Positions 38,083 through 50,260 of a DNA stretch of 64,000 nt are shown here, piece after piece. Below the pieces are notes generated by a model. That model saw only the letters and a program-made list of their open reading frames with translations, did not search any database and was not told the DNA's origin. How positions within the stretch are numbered: the first letter of the stretch is position 1; each line of letters starts with the position of its first letter. The DNA is from Sminthopsis crassicaudata (Eukaryota). A program made the position numbers and the translations under genes. The stretch covers positions 461,247,261-461,311,260 of the forward strand of contig NC_133620.1 in assembly GCF_048593235.1 (NCBI RefSeq). Direction: 5' to 3'.

Positions 38083-38421
38083 ATTTATTTTATTTAAAAA
38101 TTTTGATAGTATTTTATTTTTCCCAACACATGCAAAGATAGTTTTCAACATTTACCTTTGCCAAACCTTGTATTCCATTTTTTTCTCCCTCTCCTCCCTT
38201 TCCTCTCCTCAAAACAGCAAGCAATCTGATATAGCTTAAACATGTGCAATTCTTCTAATGTCATTTCCAAATTTTCATTGTATGCAGGAAAAATCAAATT
38301 AAAAGAGAAAGACATATGAGAAAGGAAAAAAAAAGCAAGCAAACGAACAACAAAAAAAATGAAAATACTGTGCTTTGATTCACAATCAGTTGCCATAGTT
38401 CTCTCTGTGGATGGCACTTTC
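38083..38421 (-). mobile_element. L1 3' UTR fragment nested in CR1
   Basis: attttatttttcccaacacatgcaaagatagttttcaacattt...aaaatactgtgctttgattcacaatcagttgccatagttctctctgtgg. Confidence 0.9.
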
Positions 38422-38761
38422 TAGTGTGATTAGATTTAAAAAGCACTAGACAAATGCATTCTTACCAATTTTAGGAGTACTCCGTCCCTGGTAAGGAGTT
38501 CACTATTTCTGTCTTTTAAGCTATGTTCCAGAATTCTGAGTCTCATTACTAGAGAGGACATTCCTAGCCAGCTGTTTATTTCCCAAGTCACATTTTCTCT
38601 TCTTTATCCCTTGTTTTCAATGGATAATATAAAGAATACAACCCACACCCCTATGATTTCCATTTTCTTGCCTAAAACTTTCTAATATCTGATACCTTTT
38701 TTTTTTGAATTGAGCTCTTGCAAACTAGCTTTTCAGTCTTTGCAATCTGTTGAAATGTTTT

Positions 38762-39099
38762 TCTTAAAGCTTTTTATTTTCAAAACATATGCATGGATAA
38801 TTTTTCAACATTGACCCTTGCATAGCTTTGTGTTTCAGATTTTTCCCTCCTTCCCCTCACCCTTCCCTTAGATGGTAAGCAATCCAATATATGTTATACA
38901 TGTTAAAATATGTTAAATCCAATATGTGTAAATATGTTTATAAAATTCTCTTGTTGCACAAGAGAACTCAGTTCAAAGAGGAAAGAAAATGAGTAAGAAA
39001 ACAAAACGCAAGCGAACAACATCAAAGAGTGACAATGTTATGTTGTGATCCATATTCAGTTCCCATAGTCCTCTTTGGGTATAGATGGCTCTCTTCATC
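38762..39099 (-). mobile_element. L1 3' UTR fragment nested in CR1 ORF1
   Basis: aaagctttttattttcaaaacatatgcatggataatttttcaacattgaccc...gtatagatggctctcttcatc. Confidence 0.9.
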
Positions 39100-40194
39100 T
39101 GATTATAATACTTGTAAGGTAGATTCTTATCAATCTCATTTGTGCCCATGTGAATAATGAAAAATGGGTAATGCCATTCATTTTGAGAAGTCTTGGGAAG
39201 TTCTCCATTATATCTTGTAGACATGTTACCGGAAAAATGATAGACTTAGACATGGGGTTGACAAGAGCTGTTTGGTTCCCTTGAACACGGGATCACCAAT
39301 TACTGCCTTTATTTGCTGCTTCATCAGGCTCTTACTGAATGAAATCTCCTGTGGCTTGATTATATCATTCCTTCAAGGAAAAAGCTCCTTCCTTCTTAGG
39401 AAGCCTTTCAATGTGTAGTTTTAAGCCCTAGTATAAAATTGTCCTTTTCCTTCTTTTCCTCTTCTGTATGAAATTCTGCTCTCCAGTCTCCAGAAAGGGC
39501 TACATTCTCTATCCTATACTTCACAACCTCATCTTCCTCTAATGAAGCCATATATCTGTGAAATTGTGTTTTTCTTAATTATCCCTTAATTGTTCTAGAA
39601 TGTGATGAGATGCTTCTTGAATCTCTTAACTTCAGGAGGCAGACCATTCTACACTTGGAACATAGATAACAATTTCAGCAATATAATTATTCTAAATGCA
39701 ATATAAATCATTATAAATTTCTATATATTCTCCACACTTTCAGCTTTGTTTTTTAAGTATTTATAAATATTTACATCTTAATCCCAAGGGCTTTGTTAAG
39801 ATATTTATTAATCAATGCCTCTTAGTAACTGACAGCCACATTCAAATTCCTTTTTTGATGGTCAACAACTCTTTATCACACCCCTTTTCCTCTCTTCTCT
39901 CCTGCTTCCCATTTACTTTTTCTTATTCCCTTTGCCTTGTCATTTCTATTTTCTAAGATACATTCTCCTTCTCCTTCAACATTTAACATATTTTCTTATG
40001 AAAACGAAAAGTAGAATCTGGACCTAGAGATTGTACTTTACATTTTCTTCAGTTTCTCAAAATATCTTTTCTCTTGCTGTTTTCATTGATCCAGTTCCAA
40101 CCAAATAATTTTTCACCTTATTTTTGCTTTCTTTTCTTTTGTTCTTCCCTCCGCCTTCACCTCCCCCCTCCACAATATTCTCCTAAAGAAGCTA

Positions 40195-40380
40195 GATATA
40201 AGGGGATATAAAAAGAACCTTTCTAACAATTAAAGCTATTCCAAAGTGGAGTACGCTGCCTAGTGAGTTCCCTAGAGTCTTCAGGAAAAAATTGATTTGT
40301 GATTTATGGGGATGTTATAGAAGAAACTCATGTGTATGGATTCTAAAGTCCCTTTCAATTCTTAAAATCTATGATTTGGT
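40195..40380 (+). mobile_element. CR1/L3 3' end
   Basis: aaagaacctttctaacaattaaagctattccaaagtggagt...ggattctaaagtccctttcaattcttaaaatctatgatt. Confidence 0.75.
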
Positions 40381-41729
40381 GATTTTCAAATGGGTTAACT
40401 TCCTATAATTTTAACTCATTTCAATTGGTTTGTTGTCAGGGATCATGGAGAATGATTTTACATTGTGAGAGTTATAGTTTGTATGAATTATAGTACTCTT
40501 TCTTCCCTTTCCCCATAGAATTATTTAGAAAACAATAATATGGGATTTGAGTGAAATAAATGAGAACAATATCGGTTTGCTCTGGTATTTGCACTGTAAA
40601 AGAGCCAGGAAGACCAGATTTTAGTCTGGCCTCTAGCACCAATTAGCTGTGTGTCCTTAACAATTTTATTTTACTTCTTGAGGTCTCAGTTTTCCCATTT
40701 CTAAAATTAGGAGTTGGAAAAAAAGAAAAAAGAAAACAAATAAAATAAAACAAAATTAGGAGTTGGACTAGCTGATAAAGGCTCTGTTTTCCATGCCAGG
40801 AATGCTCCCCCTCATCCTGTTTACCTCTTACAATTCCTATTTCCTTCAAAGTTCAGCGTAAGTTCCACCTTTTCTATGAACCCTTTTTGGAGACCTCTCC
40901 CACTCCAATTCCAGCTGTTACTCCCTCCTCTTCCCCCCACATGCTGTTTTCCCCATTAATATTTAAGTTTATTGAAGGCAAGAATTGTTTCATTTTTTCT
41001 TTATATACTCATCATTTAGCACAATTTTAATAAAAAAGAAATTGGCACTTAATTGATCTCTTAGGTATCTTCTGGTACCCTATAAATTATTAATAACAAA
41101 TGGCTAATCTACTATTGAATTCCATTTAGGGCTTTTAAATCTCCTGTGTGTGGGGGAATAAGTGTACTTGGGGAGTGTGGTACAATATACTTATGATTTA
41201 ATGAAGAAATATATACGCCCTTATTTTCATACAGACTGGAATTTTTATCTAAAGGCTTAGAATGGGGAATGCTACCTAATTTTTGCTCATTTATGAGAGA
41301 GCTGATTAAAAGTATGTTACTTTAGGAAATGAGACCTTTTATAGTCTAAAGAGATCATTTATCTATCACTCTAAATGTGATCTTTCTAGATAGTTTAATA
41401 TTGTGTGCCTGGCCAAAGATATATGAACTGAACTGAGAGGTAGAAAAAGATAAGAATCTATAGATGACAGATTTTTAAAAGAGAGTCTCCGGAAGAGGTC
41501 CTGGAAGAATCCACTAAAACAAGAAAGAGGTCATCTTAGCCAATGGCTAGGTAGAATGCCAGATAGGTCAAACACTGCCTACTTTCTCCTAAAAAAGATA
41601 TCCTTTTTTAAGGAGGAAAGATGGCCCATCATTAGGAATTTAGCAAAAGTACTAAAACATTCCTGATTCTAGGAAGATTTGATTTGCCAGACTGAGTCTT
41701 GTCCCATGTTGAGAAAGCCTATGTCATCT

Positions 41730-42560
41730 ATCAGCCCATCAACAAAGTGTCTGTTAAGCTCTTAACTATCTCTTTTTGTATTGCCTACATAGCACATAGT
41801 AGGAACTTAATGTATCTTGATTGATCAAATGATTGCTATTATATACTGTAATACAAAGGGAAGATCCATATAATTGTAGCCTTCAAAGAACCCACATTCT
41901 AATGGGAGTTAGGATGCAAAAAATTACTTACATACAAGATATAAGCCATATAAACAGAAGGTAATCTTTGAATAAAGGTATTGGGCTGGAAAATTGTGAT
42001 GACCATCTCAAATCCCAGGCTACTTCAGTCTTGGAGACAGAGATTTGGAGAGGGCATTGCAGCCATGAGTAAAGAGAGGGAAGCTTGATAGCTGGAGTAG
42101 CTATATTATACTATATATATGAAAGCATATATGGTATATATAGGTTAGAAGTAGGTGAATAGCCCTGTTGGGTGGAATATAGAGTATGCAATGAGGGATA
42201 ATATGAAATGGAGCTTGAAAGGCAGCTTGGTGTAGGATTCAAGAAAGCCTTAAGTGTCAACTTATGGAGACTAGACTTCGACTGAATGGGCAGTAAAGAA
42301 TCATTGAAGATTTTGAGTAGGGGAATAAATTAATTATTTAGGAAGATAACGTCTAGGATGGATTCAGTGGGGAGAGAACAGAGGATGAGCTGCTAGTTGG
42401 ACATCCTTTCAGTGTTTTGGATGAGAGAGGTAACGAGGGCACGTCCTAACAAAGCCGGTGTTATGAGTGTGAAGATGGGGAATGGATAAATGACATTTTG
42501 AGGCATTAGAATTGGCATGGATCGTCACAAAGGAATGGAGAGTGAGATTGTTTGAAGTGG
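41730..42560 (-). mobile_element. L2 fragments
   Basis: Reverse L2 tail near 41740-41900 and purine-rich L2 body (ggaaataaattaattattttaggaagataac...ggatggattcagtggggagag). Confidence 0.6.
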
Positions 42561-43529
42561 CCAAGAAGTTGTAAGGTCAGTGTATTTGAATAATCATTGA
42601 TGGAAGTATTAGTGTTGTCAAAAAATGATTGTGGAAGAGGAAGAGGAAAAGGAAGATTGAGGCACAAATTAAAATAATTTAATAAAGAGGAGGACCTTGA
42701 AAAATGGTGGATGACGAGATGGAGAGAGCTTGGTTTACTCCACTGGAAAGAACTTCAGTGAATTCGAAAGCGTTGAGAGATTGTTTTTAACTGTGGTATA
42801 CAAGAGGTTGGAGGGGACAAGAAATATCTGACCTCTCAATGCCACATCTACAATTGAGGAGAGCATAAGAAGGTTTGACTATCATCTGGTTGAATAACCA
42901 GGAATATGTTATCTATAGTGTATCAGAAGAGTTTAGAGAGTGATAGGAGGTATAGGGAGAGAAAAAGGTAAAAAAAAAATGTGGGAGATTTAGTTTACAA
43001 AGACATGGAGTTCCAAAAACACAGAAGGAAATACTTAGAAGGAAGTCAGTAGAGCAGATAACAACTCAGGTCACTTAGAGGTTGATGAGACAGGGACACT
43101 GAGTTTCAGAAGAACTACTGGAGACTTGCACCTTCAACAGTCTTCCCCCCCCCTCAATCTGGTAGGGACACAAGGCCTGAGATCTTTTAACTATTGAATA
43201 TGAAGCATCTAGAAGGCTGAACCCACAAAATAAAAACATGAGGAAGAGAGAGATTTAATAAGAACAATTAGTACAAAGACTACAGGGGAAATTATCACAT
43301 CAGTAATGAATATACAAATCCCATATAAGTTGAACTACTAAGCACATGAGCTATTAGGGGAACTATTAACTTAGTAATGAGCATGAGAAGCTATTAAAAT
43401 GACTCCTATATAATGAAAGTAGAATTCTTAACAATACTCCTAAACATAGAAGATGTATAATTAGTCAATCAAGGGCCCGATGAGAGGCCTTTTTGGTCAC
43501 AAAGCCATAAGGACTAAACAACTCCTGGG

Positions 43530-43810
43530 AGACAGGAAAAGAGAGGGAAAAAGAGAGGAGAGAGAGACACACACAGACATACAGAGAGAGACATAGACAG
43601 AGAAAGAGAGACAGAGAGACATAGGGAGAGAGACACACACACACACAAACAGAGAGAGAAGAGAGAGGGGGAGAGGGAGGGAGAAATAGAAGAAGAGAGG
43701 GAGAGAGAGAGGGAGAGACAGAAGGGGGAAGGGAGAGGAAGGGAGGGTCAGAGGCACAGAGACAGAGAGAGACAGAGACACATAGATGTAGAGAAATACA
43801 CAGAGAGAGC
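43530..43810. repeat. (GA/CA)n purine-rich tract with a G-quadruplex-capable segment
   Basis: gggggaagggagaggaagggaggg at about 43722-43746 fits G3+N1-7 x4. Confidence 0.85.
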
Positions 43811-44749
43811 CAAATAGATATAGGTTATTAAATGAATGATTTTTTTTTTAAAGTAACCAGATGCCAAATTCTAGTTTGGGTATATCTTCTTGGGTCAGGA
43901 CGTCCAGGTCTTTGGCTCAGATTATGGAAGGCTCAGAACTGCCTGACTCCCTCTCCTCCCATATCCACCCTCAGGAATATTGTAGAGATGACAGGACTTC
44001 TTACACTTTGTCCACTCTGAACCTCTTTTTGACTGAGAAACTTTTATGTGCCCCTAGATATAGAGGTATATAAAATAGCTTTACAAATCAAACATTTACT
44101 GATAATAAATCATAATTTCATGACTCCCCCAGCAAATTACATACTTGATCCACACTTTAAGAAGCTTTGGATAGAATATATATAAACATTATTATCAAAT
44201 ATTACATATGATAGTAAAATATATAATATACAAATATATATTTATTTGTAAATATATAAACATATTTTAACTTAATATAAAATTGAATGCAGTGTTTCTG
44301 TTCTGTAGTCTTGCTGCATTTTATTTTTAATGATGAAGACTATTCAAGATCTGAGAGTCATAGTAGTAGGCTATGCAGGAATCACAAAGGTAGAAGAAAA
44401 ATGGAAAAACATTTATTTATGCCACTAACAAAAATCCAGGGCTTGTGTTTGCATTCTGGCCAATGTTGGCAATTTGTTACAAGAAACTTTTCTTTAAAAT
44501 GGAAAAGAGAAGTCATTAATATCTATAAATACTTATAATCATCTTGCTTCAGAAAACAATTAAAAGTACCCCATCCAAACATTTCCCATCGAGTGGTTCA
44601 AATGGGAAATAATTAAAATAAATTCAGTATCGCCTGAATTCACCAAATTCTGGAAGCTCAGCAATATGGACTTTAGAGCTCATTGAAATTTGGTTAATAC
44701 TTTTCTTTTTCTTTTTTTTTCTTCTGGTTATTCTTAAAACTCTTCTTTT

Positions 44750-45380
44750 TTTCTTAAAGATTTTTATTTTCAAAACCTATGTATGGATAATTTTTCAACA
44801 TTAACCCTTGCAAAATCTTATGTTCCAATTTCTCTTCCCTCCCCCCATTCTTTCTCCTAGATAGTAAGTAATTCAATATATGTTAAATATGGTAAAATAT
44901 ATGTTAAATCCAATATATACATACATATCTATACAATTATTTGCTGCACAAGAAAAATCAAATTAAAAAGAAAAAAGATGAGAAAGAAAATAAAATGCAA
45001 GCAAGCAACAACAAAAAGAATGAAAATGCTATGTTGTGAACCAAAGTCAGTTCCCCCAGTCCTCTCTGTAGGTGTAAATGGCTGTCTTCATAAAAGATTA
45101 TTGAAAGTGGTCTGAATCATCTCGTTGTTGAAGAGAGCCATGACGATCAGAATAATCTTACTATTGCCATGTAGGATGATCTCCTGGTTCTGCTCATTTC
45201 ATTCAGCATCGGTTCCTGTAAGTCTCTCCAGGCCTTTCTGAAATCCTCCTGTTGATCATTTCTTACAGAACAATAATATTCCATAACATTCATATACCAT
45301 AACTTATTCAGCCATTCTCCAACTGTTGGACATCCACTCAGTTTCCAATTTCTTGCCATTACAAAAAAGGCTGCCATAAA
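44750..45380 (-). mobile_element. Marsupial L1 3' end with open ORF2 C-terminus
   Basis: ORF 45147-45377 MAAFFVMARNWKLSGCPTVGEWLNKLWYMNVMEYYCSVRNDQQEDF is the L1 ORF2p C-terminus, followed by the 3' UTR. Confidence 0.95.
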
Positions 45381-45399
45381 CAGGTTAATATTTTTTTTA

Positions 45400-45880
45400 A
45401 AACAAGATAAAATTTGTTTATGACTTTTGTTTTATCCCACTATCGGATATTATATAAGTTTTTGCATCAATAATTGTTAATGATATTAGTCTGTAGTTCT
45501 CTTTCTTTTCTTTATCTCTCCCTGGTTTAAATATTAGGGGCATAGTTGTCTCATAAAAAGGAGGATAATAAAGTGCTTTCTTTTGCAGTTTTTGAAAGGA
45601 ATTTGTTTTGTATAGGCATTAATGAAATTATATTAATAATTAATTAATTGGTTAAATCAAATAATTAATTAAATATTTGTTAACATTTACTTATAACTTT
45701 ATCTGGACCAAGGTTTATTTTCTTTTCTTACGGTAGTCCCTCTAAGCCATGCTTAATTTCATTTTCTGGGATTGGATTGTTTAAAATCTCTATTTCAAGT
45801 TCCGTTAATTTTAGCATTTTGTATTTTTGTAGGTAATCATCCATTTCTTTAAATTTTCATTCTCTATTGCATTTTAAATA
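45400..45880 (-). mobile_element. Older L1 ORF2 (RT-region) fragment
   Basis: tttgcatcaataattgttaatgatattagtctgtagttctc...gtctcataaaaggagg is a reversed L1 RT N-terminal region. Confidence 0.7.
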
Positions 45881-46979
45881 GATTTTGATAGACAATGATT
45901 TGATTTATATGCCACTTTTTAGGAATGCCTTTGCTATAGAAAGTGAGGAAAAGCTGTAGTATAATATCTATTTGTTATGGAAATATAGCGATTGAGTAAC
46001 AGCAACAGAGGAGATCCTTCTTTGCTGTCTGAGTGGTGCATAAGGGGACAAAAGATCAGGATGGAAGTTATTGTGATGGGCTAGGAGAAGCACCTGGAGT
46101 AGTGGTCTGGGACTTTCCTGTCCTCTGTCTTCCTCTGCCCAATTTTGTGCATGGGTTAAGGAGAAAAGACAAAGACAAAGGCTGACCAAGGGAGGGCTCA
46201 TCAAGTAGTGAGTGGTTTTTGCTATTTCTTATCAATTCTGCTATTTTCCAACCATTTTTTCCCCATCAGATGCTTCCATTTTTTTTTAACCTCTTCAGGC
46301 CAAAGATGAGTAGAAGAGGGCAAGGGGAAAAAAAGATAAGGCTCATTTGGGTGCTCTGTACTACACAATAGGATGCTGGACCCAGAGTCTTAACAGTTGT
46401 ATGATCCTGGACAAGTCACTTAAAAATAGTTATGTGATCAGTTTCTCCATCTGTAAAATGGCAAGGTTAGATTTAATAGCTTCTAAGATTTCCTCGACCT
46501 CCATATTCCTATGATCTTTGAATGACCTATTCTATATTCTTTGTTCCTTGCCTGCCTAACTTGAAATATGACTCTATCTTCTTCCTTTACTGCTGCCCTG
46601 GAGGACAAAATTTGACTTACTCAGGACCTGGGGATCTGCTGATGTGGCTGCCCACATCTCCCAGACCCTGTCTTTACTCTTGACCATGGCACATAACTCA
46701 GCCAATGATCCATGCCTTGATCTGTTGACTCCAGGATATGCAGCTTCTATTAGACCCTGACAACCATCGGATTCTTTCCTGATAATCCCTGCTTCATCCT
46801 GCCCCACAGTGGAATCAGCAATTTTATTCCTGGTGGGGACTTGCGGATCTCACATTCAATGTTTGCTATTTGTGTCTTTGGCTAAATCACATTGTCCCCA
46901 GAACTCAGTTTATGCTGTGAAATTTAGGAGGCTGGATACAATGGATGGTCTCTAAATGCCCTTCTAGATCTGGCTCTAT

Positions 46980-47532
46980 GGGATAATTAATAACAATAAT
47001 AATAAATATATACATATATAATATATAAATATAACAATAATAATACCTATATATACATATGTATACATAAAGACATACATATATAATATATAAATATAAC
47101 AATAATACATATATCTACATAAACATAAATATTCATATATAATATATAAATATAACAATAATAATAAATATATAATGTATAAATATAAAAATAATACATA
47201 TATAAACATAAATATTCCTATATGATATGCAAATATAACAATAATAATAAATATATAAAGTATAAATATGACAATAATACATATATANNNNNNNNNNNNN
47301 NNNNNNNNNNNNNNNNNNNNNNNNNNNNNNNNNNNNNNNNNNNNNNNNNNNNNNNNNNNNNNNNNNNNNNNNNNNNNNNNNNNNNNNNNNNNNNNNNNNN
47401 NNNNNNNNNNNNNNNNNNNNNNNNNNNNNNNNNNNNNNNNNNNNNNNNNNNNNNNNNNNNNNNNNNNNNNNNNNNNNNNNNNNNNNNNNNNNNNNNNNNN
47501 NNNNNNNNNNNNNNNNNNNNNNNNNNNNNNNN
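46980..47532. repeat. AT-rich compound tandem repeat running into a 245-N gap (47288-47532)
   Basis: Recurrent catatataatatataaatataacaataata motif. N run seen directly. Confidence 0.9.
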
Positions 47533-48705
47533 AATAAATGATAAACATCTACATAACACTTTAAAGTTTACAAATGCCTTACATTTCACTTTATTTTCAC
47601 AATAACCGAGTGAGGTAAGTGCTGTTTTAATTCCCATTTTGTAGGTGAGGAAACCAAGGAAAAGATGAAGTAAATGACTTGATTAGGATAACCCATCCGA
47701 GTCAGTGCCCTAGGTGGGATTCAGGAAACTGAGGATAAGGGATTTTAAGTAATTTACCAAGGTAACACAGCTAAGTCTGAAGCAGGTGGGATTTGAACTC
47801 GGGCTTCTCTGACTCCAAGGGCATTTCTCTATCCACTGCATCACTAGCAGTCTCCAGAGAAGCTTTTCTCTTTGATTTCACCCTATCAATGATGGATGTT
47901 GTTTGGAGCACAGTCATTCATTAAATTGTCTAGTAAGATGAGAAATGGTTGTCATCTTCATTCCTAGAGGGGGTACCCGCCTGACGGAAATCACAGGTCT
48001 TTGAGATATTAAAGTAATAGAGATAATAAGGAGGTGTAATTTAAGGCTATATAGCACTTTGCAATTTACAAAGTGCACTCAAAGACATTTTATCGAATTT
48101 GATTCTTAGGATGTAGGTAGGACAGACTTGAGCATTGTAATGCTAGAGAGGAGGAAGCTGAAGCTTGGGTTGCTGACTTGAGATGTTCAAGACTCTTCAA
48201 CTAGTAAATGGAGATGGTGGGATGGGAAGCCTTTGGAACACAGCGGCCCCAGTCTTCTGGCTCTCTCTTGCATAGACTCTAGGCTTGTTCATTGACTGCC
48301 CCTCATGTCTGGAACCCTTTTCCCCCTCACCTTCAATTTCTGATTTCTCTGACTTGTTTCAAGCCTCAGTAAAAATCCCATCTTCCATCAGAAACCTTTT
48401 TAGATCTCTCTTTAATACTAGTTCCTTATGTCTACTAATTATGTCTGCTAGATTCTGTCTGCGTCATGTTTGTTTATAGGGGTTTGCATACTGATTGTGA
48501 ACTCACTGAGATCAGGAACTGCCTTTCTGCTTTTCTTTGTATCTCCAGTACCTAGCATGATTCAGAGGAGCAGCTTAATAATTGACTGATCATCAAATTC
48601 TGAATATCAGGACTAGAAATTAGCGCATATGAAAAAGACCTGGAATTTTTGGTGGAAAGAACGCTCAATATGACTCAACACCTGAAAAACCTAAAACCTT
48701 AGGTT

Positions 48706-48920
48706 TAGGGCTTCTTAACCTGGGGACTCTATGGGGAGATTTCAGGGAATCCATGAACCTGGATGGGAAAAGATTACATCCCCCCTTCTATTAATCTCTA
48801 CTTGGCACTAAGTGCTTTCTTCCCTTATAAATGTGGGCAATTCACATGAAGTTGATCAGGAATCTTCAGGCTTCAACAGATTGTCCAAGGGGTCCAGTAA
48901 ACAAAGGTCAAGAGCCCCTC
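48706..48920 (+). mobile_element. hAT-Charlie-type MITE with both TIRs
   Basis: Left agggcttcttaacct and right aggtcaagagcccct (reverse complement aggggctcttgacct). No clear 8-bp TSD. Confidence 0.75.
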
Positions 48921-48944
48921 GTCTACCAAGACCTTGGGTTGCAT

Positions 48945-49140
48945 CAAGAGTTTGTGTGATAGTTTTTACCCTGTTTAACATATATTGGATTACTTGCCAT
49001 CTAGGAGAGGGGATGGAGGGAAGGGGAGTAAATTGAAACACAAGGTTTTACAAGAGTCAATATTGAGAAATTATCCATGCATCTGTTTTGAAAATTAAAA
49101 GCTTCAATAAAAATAAATACAATAAAAATAAACACAAAAA
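48945..49140 (+). mobile_element. Marsupial L1 extreme 3' end
   Basis: tgtttaacatatattggattacttgccatctaggagagggg...ttttgaaaattaaaagcttcaataaaa plus A-rich tail. Confidence 0.9.
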
Positions 49141-50139
49141 ATAGTTTATATAAGAGGAGTATATCTAGAAGTCCGTGCTTAGGAGTTCAAATTCTAAGGG
49201 AGTCTGGGACATGACCAGGAGAGGTCAGTGGCTGGACAAGAGAAGCTATGAAATAGTCTTGGAGTTGGGCCAAGAGATGATGACACCTGAAAGCTCTCTT
49301 TTAACTCTGAAAGGTGGGCATACAGTGGAAGGCTTAAGCTTACTATGCTTGTTTGTGGAGGGAAACACCTTGGACAAATGAGTATAAATGAGTGGGAGGG
49401 AGATTTTTAGCTCAACGTAAAGAAAGTCTTAATAATGAATTACTGCTGTCTAAAAATGGAATTGGCTGATTTAGTGATCAAAGGTGTGTATGGGAGGTCA
49501 GGTGATAGAAGCAAGGGACCTGGATTGAAAACTTGACCTTAATACTTTCTATATTTTGGGAACCTTTGATGCCTTTCTGAGCCTCCATTTCCTTATCTTA
49601 AAATGATGGGAGCTCTTGTGAGATCTCTTCTCACTCTGAATCTGTGATCTTAGGATCTCTAAGATCATTTTTTACCTTGTTCCTCTTCACGACTCTGTGT
49701 TCTAGACCAGCTGACTTATCTATGTCTCCTTGGCTTGGTCTCCTGCCTCCATGTTTTCTTCAGGGGCTATTTCACATTCGTTGAACACATGACTTCACCT
49801 CAGCCTCAAATCTCAGCCCAGGTCCTATTTCGCTCCTTCTTCCTTCCTCTAGTTAAGAATATTCTTTCTCTCCTCATAAGGTCTTCTATTTCTCCATGAG
49901 ATCTCTCCCAGTAAAATATAAACTCTGTGATGGCAAATGCTGTTTGTTTTAGTCTTAGTATCTTCAATGAACCTTTTATGTAAGGTATTTATGTAAGAAC
50001 TTGAAGTCCACATGAATTTCTGCCATTTTTGATTTTAAGACTCGGTCATCTTGATCCTTGATTGTTTATTTTTTTTTCATTAATTCCCTTGAAATTCTTG
50101 ACATTTTGTTTTTCCAAGTGAACTTTGTTGTTATTTTTT

Positions 50140-50260
50140 TCTAGATCATTAAAATCGTTTTCTTGGGAGTCTGATGGGTATAGCGCTAAATAAGTAGATT
50201 AGTTTAGGTAGAATTGTCATCTTTATTATATTTGCTTGCCCAATCCAAGAGCATAATCCT
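50140..50260 (-). mobile_element. L1 ORF2 fragment
   Basis: ttcttgggagtctgatgggtatagcgctaaataagtagattagtttaggtagaattgtcatctttattatatt. Confidence 0.8.

Larger units (their letters stand above)
37700..39690 (-). mobile_element. CR1/L3 5' half: ORF1 (zinc finger plus SGNH esterase) and endonuclease N-terminus, split by two L1s
   Basis: Minus-strand motifs in CR1 order: YLCSKCRMVCLL (39633-39668), VIGDPVFKGT (39274-39303), HYPFFIIHMGTNE (to 39135), WEINSWL (38565-38585), LLTRDGVLL (38473-38498), LFTNAQSL (37880-37903), SISEIWPDETH (37789-37821). Confidence 0.85.

Noticed and set aside
38973-39224. 83-aa ORF with HMGTNE
   Set aside because: A chimera of CR1 ORF1 esterase and the nested L1 3' UTR, not a functional esterase gene.
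45147-45377. Recognisable 76-aa protein
   Set aside because: L1 ORF2p C-terminus in a truncated copy, not a host gene.
46574-46807. 77-aa minus-strand ORF with a tga|gtaagt donor
   Set aside because: No clear acceptor and no recognisable protein.
48690-48710. Near-palindrome cctaaaacct-t-aggtttagg
   Set aside because: It is short and AT-biased and lies at a hAT boundary, with no independent support for function.
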